From assembly GCF_009914755.1 (NCBI RefSeq), contig NC_060948.1: a stretch of DNA of 64,000 nt. One strand, given 5' to 3'. The translations under genes and the position numbers were made by a program. Below, piece after piece: positions 1-10,751 of the stretch. This DNA is from the human T2T-CHM13v2.0 reference genome, Homo sapiens. Below the pieces are notes generated by a model. It was not told the origin of the DNA. It did no database searches and saw only the letters and a program-made list of their open reading frames with translations. Each line of letters opens with the position of its first letter. Within the stretch, counting starts at the first letter, position 1.

Positions 1-2846
1 GGTTGTCGAAAAAAATGGAATCGAATGGAATGGAATTGAATGGAACGGAATAGAGTCGAATGGAATTGAATGGAATGGAATGGACTAGAGTGAAATGGAA
101 TCGAACCACAAGGAATGGACAGGAATAGAATGGTCTCGAATTGAATGGAATCGTATGGAATGGCATCAAACGGAATGGAATGGACAGCCACGGAATGGAA
201 TGCACTCGAATGCAATGGAGTCGAAACTAATGGACTGGAATAGAATGGACTCGACTGGTACGGACTCCAATGGAATGGAATCGAATGGAAGGGAATCGAA
301 CGGAAGGGAATCGAACGGAATGGACTCGAAGGGAAAAGACTGCAATAGAAAGGTCTCGAATGGAATGGAAATTAATGGAATGGAATGGAATCGAATGAAA
401 TGGAGTCAAAAGGAATGGAATCGAATGGCAAGAAATCTAATGTAATGGAATCGCCAGGAATTGATGTGAACGGAACGGAATGGAATGGAATCCAAAGGAA
501 TGGAATAGAATGGAATGGAATCGAATGGAAAGGACTCGAATGGAAATCACTCGAATAGAATGCAATTTAATAAAATAGGATCAAATGTAATGGAATGGAA
601 TGGAAAGGAATCGAAACGAAAGGAATGGAGACAGATGGAATGGAATGGAACAGAGAGCAATGGTATAGAATGGAATGGAATCATCTGGAATGGAATTGAA
701 TGGAATGGAATAATATGAAATGGAATGGAATGGAATGGAATGGAATGCCCTTGAATTAAATGGACTGGAATGGAATGGACTCAAACAGAGTGGAATGGAA
801 AGTGTGGAGATAGAATGGAATGAACTCCTTTGGAATGGTGTAGTATGCAATGCAATCGACTGGCAGGGAATCAAAAGGAATGTAATCGAATGGATTGGAC
901 TGGAATGCAATGGACTCGAATAGATTGGAAACGGAATGCAAAGGAATGGAATGGAATAGTATGGAATGCAATGGAAGGGAATGGAGTGGAATAGACTAGA
1001 GTGGAATGGAATGGACTGGAAAGCAATGGACTGGAATGGAACTTTCTTGGATGGACTGGAACCAAACGGAATGGAATGCAATGCAATCAAATGGCATGGA
1101 ATAAAATAGAATGAAAGAGAATCAAATGGAATTGAATCGAATGGAATCGAATGGATTGGAAAGGAATAGAATGGAATGGAATGGAATTGACTCAAATGGA
1201 ATGGACTAGAATGGAATGGATTCGAATGGAAGGCAAAGGAATGGAATCTATTGGAATGGACTGTAATGGAATGGAATGGAAGGGATTGGAATGGACTCGA
1301 ATGGAATGGACTGCAATAGAAAGGATTCGAATGGAATGAAAAAGAATTGAATGGAATAGAACAGAATGGAATCAAATCGAATGAAATGGAATGGAATAGA
1401 AAGGAATGGAATGAAATGGAATGGAAAGGATTCGAATGGAATGCAATCGAATGGAATGGAATCGAACGGAATGGAATAAAATGGAAGAAAACTGGCAAGA
1501 AATGGAATCGAAATGAATGGAGTGTTATGGAACGGACTCAAAAGGAATTGAATGTAATAGAATGGAGTGGAGTGGACTCGAATATAATGGACTGGAATGG
1601 AATGAAATCACATGGAATGGGAACGAATGGAATGGAATGGAAAGGAATGGAATCGAATGGAAAGGAATCGAATGGAAGGGAATGAAATTGAATCAACAGG
1701 AATGGAAGGGAATAGAATAGACTGTAATGGAATGGACTCGAATAGAATGGACACGAATGCTCAAATTAAATGGACTCGAATGGAATGGAAACGAAAGGAA
1801 TGTCATCGAATGGAATTGAATCGATTGGAATGAAATCGCATAGAATGGAGTGGAATCAAATGGAATTGAATCGAAAGGAAAGGAAGCGAATGGACTGAAA
1901 TGAAATGGAATGGAATTGAATGGAAAGTAATGCAATGGAATAGAATGGAACGAAATTTCACGGAATGGAATCAAACTGAATGGAATCAAATCAATGGAAT
2001 CAAATCAAATGGAATGGAAAGGAATTGAATGGAGTAGATGGGATTGGATGGGATTGGAATGAAATGTACTGGAAAGGACTCGAATTTCATGAAACGGAAT
2101 GGAATGAATTGGAACGGAATGGACTCGAATGGAATGGAATGTCATGGGATGGCATCAAACGGAATGGCATCAAATGGAATGGAATCGAATGCAATGGAAT
2201 GCTATGGAATGGAATGGAATGCATTGGAATGGAATGTCCTCTAATGGAATGGATTCGAGTGGAATGGAATTGAATATAATGGAGTCGAATGAAATGGAAT
2301 TGAAAGGAATGGGATCGAATACAATGGAATATACTGGAATGTAACGTAATGAACTCGAATGTAATTGACTGGAATGGAATGTACATGAATGGAATGTAAT
2401 CGAATGGAAAGTAATCCAATGGAATAGAATCTAATGCAATAAAATCGACTCAGATAGAGTAGAATGTAATGGAATGGAGTGCAGTGCAATGGAATGGAAT
2501 GGAATGGAATGCAATGGAATGGAATGGAATGGAATGGGATGGAATGGTATGGAATGGATAGTAATGGACTGGAGTGAAATGGACTGGAAAGGAATGGACT
2601 CAAATTGAAAGGGCACGAAAGGAATGGAGTCAAATGGAATGGTCTGGAATGGAATGAACACGAATGTAATGCAACCCAATAGAATGGAATCGAATGGCAT
2701 GGAATATAAAGAAATGGAATCGAAGAGAATGGAAACAAATGGAATGGAATTGAATGGAATGGGAACGAATGGAGTGAAATTGTATGCAGTAGAAGTGAAT
2801 AGAATGGAATGCAAGCGAAAGGAAAGGAATGGATTGGAATGGAATG

Positions 2847-2890
2847 GAATTCATTGGAATGGAAGGGAATGTAGTGTAATGGACAGGCCT
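2847..2890. other. Per-unit EcoRI (2847-2852) and StuI/HaeIII (2885-2890) landmark; first of 19 copies
   Basis: GAATTC and AGGCCT read directly; recur at the same relative position in all 19 monomers (e.g. GGCC at 6455). Confidence 0.9.
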
Positions 2891-3261
2891 GGAATAAAGT
2901 GGAATGCTACGGTCTCGAATGGAATAAAAATGTATGGAATGGAATGCAATGAAACGGAATCGAATGTCATAGAATGTAATGGAATGCAAAAAAATGGAAT
3001 CCAAAATCATTGACTGGAAAGGCTGGGTGTCGAAAGGAATTGACTCCAATGGAATGGAATCGAATGGAATGGAAGTGAATAGAATCGAACTAAATCGAAT
3101 GGAATGGAATTGATAGGAACGGAATGGAAAGGAATGCAATGATTTGGCATGGAATGGAATCGAATGGCATCGAATGGAATGGAATGGAATGCAATGGAAT
3201 GGAATGTATTAGAATGTAATGAACTTTAATGGAATGTACTCGAATGGATTCGACTGGAATG

Positions 3262-3274
3262 GAATGTTCTGGAA
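3262..3274. promoter_or_regulatory. Perfect 3-unit heat-shock element motif HSE-A, GAATGTTCTGGAA (first of 19 copies)
   Basis: Exact GAAnnTTCnnGAA. Copies start at 3262, 6831, 10375, 13953, 17533, 20209, 23757, 26428, 29941, 33480, 37043, 40627, 44201, 47748, 50424, 53972, 56638, 60151, 63690. The motif match is direct; binding is inferred. Confidence 0.6.
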
Positions 3275-3541
3275 GTGAATGGACTCCAATGGAATGGATT
3301 CAAAAGGAATGGAATCGTACGGAATGGAATCTAATGGAATGGAATTAAATGGAAATGAATCAAATTGAATAGCACGGAATTGAATTGAATGGAATGGAAT
3401 GCAATGGAATCTAATGAAACGGAAAGGAAAGGAATGGAATGGAATGGAATGGGCTGGAATGGAAAGGAATCGAAACGAATGGAATGGAATCGAACTGAAG
3501 AGACTGGAATGGAATGCACTGGAATGGAAGGGAGTGTAATG

Positions 3542-3554
3542 GAAGGTTCTCGAA
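3542..3554. promoter_or_regulatory. Perfect 3-unit heat-shock element motif HSE-B, GAAGGTTCTCGAA (polymorphic)
   Basis: Exact GAAnnTTCnnGAA 280 bp after HSE-A. Intact in 15 monomers; TTC>TTG at window start and at 20489, 26708, 50704, 56918. Confidence 0.55.
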
Positions 3555-3638
3555 AAAAATGGAATCGAATGGAATGGAATTGAATGGAACGGAATAGAGT
3601 CGAATGGAATTGAATGGAATGGAATGGACTAGAGTGAA

Positions 3639-6600
3639 ATGGAATCGAACCACAAGGAATGGACAGGAATAGAATGGTCTCGAATTGAATGGAATCGTAT
3701 GGAATGGCATCAAACGGAATGGAATGGACAGCCACGGAATGGAATGCACTCGAATGCAATGGAGTCGAAACAAATGGACTGGAATAGAATGGACTCGACT
3801 GGTACGGACTCCAATGGAATGGAATCGAATGGAAGGGAATCGAACGGAAGGGAATCGAACGGAATGGACTCGAAGGGAAAAGACTGCAATGGAAAGGTCT
3901 CGAATGGAATGGAAATTAATGGAATGGAATGGAATCGAATGAAATGGAGTCAAAAGGAATGGAATCGAATGGCAAGAAATCGAATGTAATGGAATCGCCA
4001 GGAATTGATGTGAACGGAACGGAATGGAATGGAATCCAAAGGAATGGAATAGAATGGAATGGAATCGAATGGAAAGGACTCGAATGGAAATCACTCGAAT
4101 AGAATGCAATTTAATAAAATAGGATCAAATGTAATGGAATGGAATGGAAAGGAATCGAAACGAAAGGAATGGAGACAGATGGAATGGAATGGAACAGAGA
4201 GCAATGGTATAGAATGGAATGGAATCATCTGGAATGGAATTGAATGGAATGGAATAATATGAAATGGAATGGAATGGAATGGAATGGAATGCCCTTGAAT
4301 TAAATGGACTGGAATGGAATGGACTCAAACAGAGTGGAATGGAAAGTGTGGAGATAGAATGGAATGAACTCCTTTGGAATGGTGTAGTATGCAATGCAAT
4401 CGACTGGCAGGGAATCAAAAGGAATGTAATCGAATGGATTGGACTGGAATGCAATGGACTCTAATAGATTGGAAACGGAATGCAAAGGAATGGAATGGAA
4501 TAGTATGGAATGCAATGGAAGGGAATGGAGTGGAATAGACTAGAGTGGAATGGAATGGACTGGAAAGCAATGGACTGGAATGGAACTTTCTTGGATGGAC
4601 TGGAACCAAACGGAATGGAATGCAATGCAATCAAATGGCATGGAATAAAATAGAATGAAAGAGAATCAAATGGAATTGAATCGAATGGAATCGAATGGAT
4701 TGGAAAGGAATAGAATGGAATGGAATGGAATTGACTCAAATGGAATGGACTAGAATGGAATGGATTCGAATGGAAGGCAAAGGAATGGAATCTATTGGAA
4801 TGGACTGTAATGGAATGGAATGGAAGGGATTGGAATGGACTCGAATGGAATGGACTGCAATAGAAAGGATTCGAATGGAATGAAAAAGAATTGAATGGAA
4901 TAGAACAGAATGGAATCAAATCGAATGAAATGGAATGGAATAGAAAGGAATGGAATGAAATGGAATGGAAAGGATTCGAATGGAATGCAATCGAATGGAA
5001 TGGAATCGAACGGAATGGAATAAAATGGAAGAAAACTGGCAAGAAATGGAATCGAAATGAATGGAGTGTTATGGAACGGACTCAAAAGGAATTGAATGTA
5101 ATAGAATGGAGTGGAGTGGACTCGAATATAATGGACTGGAATGGAATGAAATCACATGGAATGGGAACGAATGGAATGGAATGGAAAGGAATGGAATCGA
5201 ATGGAAAGGAATCGAATGGAAGGGAATGAAATTGAATCAACAGGAATGGAAGGGAATAGAATAGACTGTAATGGAATGGACTCGAATAGAATGGACACGA
5301 ATGCTCAAATTAAATGGACTCGAATGGAATGGAAACGAAAGGAATGTCATCGAATGGAATTGAATCGATTGGAATGAAATCGCATAGAATGGAGTGGAAT
5401 CAAATGGAATTGAATCGAAAGGAAAGGAAGCGAATGGACTGAAATGAAATGGAATGGAATTGAATGGAAAGTAATGCAATGGAATAGAATGGAACGAAAT
5501 TTCACGGAATGGAATCAAACTGAATGGAATCAAATCAATGGAATCAAATCAAATGGAATGGAAAGGAATTGAATGGAGTAGATGGGATTGGATGGGATTG
5601 GAATGAAATGTACTGGAAAGGACTCGAATTTCATGAAACGGAATGGAATGAATTGGAACGGAATGGACTCGAATGGAATGGAATGTCATGGGATTGCATC
5701 AAATGGAATGGCATCAAATGGAATGGAATCGAATGCAATGGAATGCTATGGAATGGAATGGAATGCATTGGAATGGAATGTCCTCTAATGGAATGGATTC
5801 GAGTGGAATGGAATTGAATATAATGGAGTCGAATGAAATGGAATTGAAAGGAATGGGATCGAATACAATGGAATATACTGGAATGTAACGTAATGAACTC
5901 GAATGTAATTGACTGGAATGGAATGTACATGAATGGAATGTAATCGAATGGAAAGTAATCCAATGGAATAGAATCTAATGCAATAAAATCGACTCAGATA
6001 GAGTAGAATGTAATGGAATGGAGTGCAGTGCAATGGAATGGAATGGAATGGAATGCAATGGAATGGAATGGAATGGAATGGAATGGAATGGGATGGAATC
6101 GTATGGAATGGATAGTAATGGACTGGAGTGAAATGGACTGGAAAGGAATGGACTCAAATTGAAAGGGCTCGAAAGGAATGGAGTCAAATGGAATGGTCTG
6201 GAATGGAATGAACACGAATGTAATGCAACCCAATAGAATGGAATCGAATGGCATGGAATATAAAGAAATGGAATCGAAGAGAATGGAAACAAATGGAATG
6301 GAATTGAATGGAATGGAATTGAATGGAATGGGAACGAATGGAGTGAAATTGTATGCAGTAGAAGAGAATAGAATGGAATGCAAGCGAAAGGAAAGGAATG
6401 GATTGGAATGGAATGGAATTCATTGGAATGGAAGGGAATGTAGTGTAATGGACAGGCCTGGAATAAAGTGGAATGCTACGGTCTCGAATGGAATAAAAAT
6501 GTATGGAATGGAATGCAATGAAACGGAATCGAATGTCATAGAATGTAATGGAATGCAAAAAAATGGAATCCAAAATCATTGACTGGAAAGGCTGGGTGTC

Positions 6601-7207
6601 GAAAGGAATTGACTCCAATGGAATGGAATCGAATGGAATGGAAGTGAATAGAATCGAACTAAATCGAATGGAATGGAATTGATAGGAACGGAATGGAAAG
6701 GAATGCAATGATTTGGCATGGAATGGAATCGAATGGCATCGAATGGAATGGAATGGAATGCAATGGAATGGAATGTATTAGAATGTAATGAACTTTAATG
6801 GAATGTACTCGAATGGATTCGACTGGAAGGGAATGTTCTGGAAGTGAATGGACTCCAATGGAATGGATTCAAAAGGAATGGAATCGTACGGAATGGAATC
6901 TAATGGAATGGAATTAAATGGAAATGAATCAAATTGAATAGCACGGAATTGAATTGAATGGAATGGAATGCAATGGAATCTAATGAAACGGAAAGGAAAG
7001 GAATGGAATGGAATGGAATGGGCTGGAATGGAAAGGAATCGAAACGAATGGAATGGAATCGAACTGAAGAGACTGGAATGGAATGCACTGGAATGGAAGG
7101 GAGTGTAATGGAAGGTTCTCGAAAAAAATGGAATCGAATGGAATGGAATTGAATGGAACGGAATAGAGTCGAATGGAATTGAATGGAATGGAATGGACTA
7201 GAGTGAA
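3639..7207. repeat. DYZ1 monomer U2, full length, 3569 bp
   Basis: Anchor spacing 3639 to 7208; pure tract of 6; extra 15-bp GGAATTGAATGGAAT near 6300. Confidence 0.9.
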
Positions 7208-10200
7208 ATGGAATCGAACCACAAGGAATGGACAGGAATAGAATGGTCTCGAATTGAATGGAATCGTATGGAATGGCATCAAACGGAATGGAATGGACAG
7301 CCACGGAATGGAATGCACTCGAATGCAATGGAGTCGAAACTAATGGACTGGAATAGAATGGACTCGACTGGTACGGACTCCAATGGAATGGAATCGAATG
7401 GAAGGGAATCGAACGGAAGGGAATCGAACGGAATGGACTCGAAGGGAAAAGACTGCAATGGAAAGGTCTCGAATGGAATGGAAATTAACGGAATGGAATG
7501 GAATCGAATGAAATGGAGTCAAAAGGAATGGAATCGAATGGCAAGAAATCGAATGTAATGGAATCGCCAGGAATTGATGTGAACGGAACGGAATGGAATG
7601 GAATCCAAAGGAATGGAATAGAATGGAATGGAATCGAATGCAAAGGACTCGAATGGAAATCACTCGAATAGAATGCAATTTAATAAAATAGGATCAAATG
7701 TAATGGAATGGAATGGAAAGGAATCGAAACGAAAGGAATGGAGACAGATGGAATGGAATGGAACAGAGAGCAATGGTATAGAATGGAATGGAATCATCTG
7801 GAATGGAATTGAATGGAATGGAATAATATGAAATGGAATGGAATGGAATGGAATGGAATGCCCTTGAATTAAATGGACTGGAATGGAATGGACTCAAACA
7901 GAGTGGAATGGAAAGTGTGGAGATAGAATGGAATGAACTCCTTTGGAATGGTGTAGTATGCAATGCAATCGACTGGCAGGGAATCAAAAGGAATGTAATC
8001 GAATGGATTGGACTGGAATGCAATGGACTCGAATAGATTGGAAACGGAATGCAAAGGAATGGAATGGAATAGTATGGAATGCAATGGAAGGGAATGGAGT
8101 GGAATAGACTAGAGTGGAATGGAATGGACTGGAAAGCAATGGACTGGAATGGAACTTTCTTGGATGGACTGGAATCAAACGGAATGGAATGCAATGCAAT
8201 CAAATGGCATGGAATAAAATAGAATGAAAGAGAATCAAATGGAATTGAATCGAATGGAATCGAATGGATTGGAAAGGAATAGAATGGAATGGAATGGAAT
8301 TGACTCAAATGGAATGGACTAGAATGGAATGGATTCGAATGGAAGGCAAAGGAATGGAATCTATTGGAATGGACTGTAATGGAATGGAATGGAAGGGATT
8401 GGAATGGACTCGAATGGAATGGACTGCAATAGAAAGGATTCGAATGGAATGAAAAAGAATTGAATGGAATAGAACAGAATGGAATCAAATCGAATGAAAT
8501 GGAATGGAATAGAAAGGAATGGAATGAAATGGAATGGAAAGGATTCGAATGGAATGCAATCGAATGGAATGGAATCGAACGGAATGGAATAAAATGGAAG
8601 AAAACTGGCAAGAAATGGAATCGAAATGAATGGAGTGTTATGGAACGGACTCAAAAGGAATTGAATGTAATAGAATGGAGTGGAGTGGACTCGAATATAA
8701 TGGACTGGAATGGAATGAAATCACATGGAATGGGAACGAATGGAATGGAATGGAAAGGAATGGAATCGAATGGAAAGGAATCGAATGGAAGGGAATGAAA
8801 TTGAATCAACAGGAATGGAAGGGAATAGAATAGACGGTAATGGAATGGACTCGAATAGAATGGACACGAATGCTCAAATTAAATGGACTCGAATGGAATG
8901 GAAACGAAAGGAATGTCATCGAATGGAATTGAATCGATTGGAATGAAATCGCATAGAATGGAGTGGAATCAAATGGAATTGAATCGAAAGGAAAGGAAGC
9001 GAATGGACTGAAATGAAATGGAATGGAATTGAATGGAAAGTAATGCAATGGAATAGAATGGAACGAAATTTCACGGAATGGAATCAAACTGAATGGAATC
9101 AAATCAATGGAATCAAATCAAATGGAATGGAAAGGAATTGAATGGAGTAGATGGGATTGGATGGGATTGGAATGAAATGTACTGGAAAGGACTCGAATTT
9201 CATGAAACGGAATGGAATGAATTGGAAAGGAATGGACTCGAATGGAATGGAATGTCATGGGATGGCATCAAACGGAATGGCATCAAATGGAATGGAATCG
9301 AATGCAATGGAATGCTATGGAATGGAATGGAATGCATTGGAATGGAATGTCCTCTAATGGAATGGATTCGAGTGGAATGGAATTGAATATAATGGAGTCG
9401 AATGAAATGGAATTGAAAGGAATGGGATCGAATACAATGGAATATACTGGAATGTAACGTAATGAACTCGAATGTAATTGACTGGAATGGAATGTACATG
9501 AATGGAATGTAATCGAATGGAAAGTAATCCAATGGAATAGAATCTAATGCAATAAAATCGACTCAGATAGAGTAGAATGTAATGGAATGGAGTGCAGTGC
9601 AATGGAATGGAATGGAATTTAATGCAATGGAATGGAATGGAATGGAATGGGATGGAATGGTATGGAATGGATAGTAATGGACTGGAGTGAAATGGACTGG
9701 AAAGGAATGGACTCAAATTGAAAGGGCACGAAAGGAATGGAGTCAAATGGAATGGTCTGGAATGGAATGAACACGAATGTAATGCAACCCAATAGAATGG
9801 AATCGAATGGCATGGAATATAAAGAAATGGAATCGAAGAGAATGGAAACAAATGGAATGGAATTGAATGGAATGGGAACGAATGGAGTGAAATTGTATGC
9901 AGTAGAAGTGAATAGAATGGAATGCAAGCGAAAGGAAAGGAATGGATTGGAATGGAATGGAATTCATTGGAATGGAAGGGAATGTAGTGTAATGGACAGG
10001 CCTGGAATAAAGTGGAATGCTACGGTCTCGAATGGAATAAAAATGTATGGAATGGAATGCAATGAAACGGAATCGAATGTCATAGAATGTAATGGAATGC
10101 AACAAAATGGAATCCAAAATCATTGACTGGAAAGGCTGGGTGTCGAAAGGAATTGACTGCAATGGAATGGAATCGAATGGAATGGAAGTGAATAGAATCG

Positions 10201-10751
10201 AACTAAATCGAATGGAATGGAATTGATAGGAACGGAATGGAAAGGAATGCAATGATTTGGCATGGAATGGAATCGAATGGCATCGAATGGAATGGAATGG
10301 AATGCAATGGAATGGAATGTATTAGAATGGAATGAACTTTAATGGAATGTACTCGAATGGATTCGACTGGAATGGAATGTTCTGGAAGTGAATGGACTCC
10401 AATGGAATGGATTCAAAAGGAATGGAATCGTACGGAATGGAATCTAATGGAATGGAATTAAATGGAAATGAATCAAATTGAATAGCACGGAATTGAATTG
10501 AATGGAATGGAATGCAATGGAATCTAATGAAACGGAAAGGAAAGGAATGGAATGGAATGGAATGGGCTGGAATGGAAAGGAATCGAAACGAATGGAATGG
10601 AATCGAACTGAAGAGACTGGAATGGAATGCACTGGAATGGAAGGGAGTGTAATGGAAGGTTCTCGAAAAAAATGGAATCGAATGGAATGGAATTGAATGG
10701 AACGGAATAGAGTCGAATGGAATTGAATGGAATGGAATGGACTAGAGTGAA
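7208..10751. repeat. DYZ1 monomer U3, full length, 3544 bp
   Basis: Anchor spacing; pure tract of 4; second half shares variants with U1. Confidence 0.9.

Larger units (their letters stand above)
95..3638. repeat. DYZ1 monomer U1, full length, 3544 bp
   Basis: Anchor spacing 95 to 3639; pure tract (GGAAT)4; GGGCACGAAA variant. Confidence 0.9.

Noticed and set aside
569-574. AATAAA polyadenylation-like hexamers (several per monomer)
   Set aside because: These arise by one substitution or so from GGAAT variants in an A-rich strand, and there is no supporting downstream element or transcript evidence.
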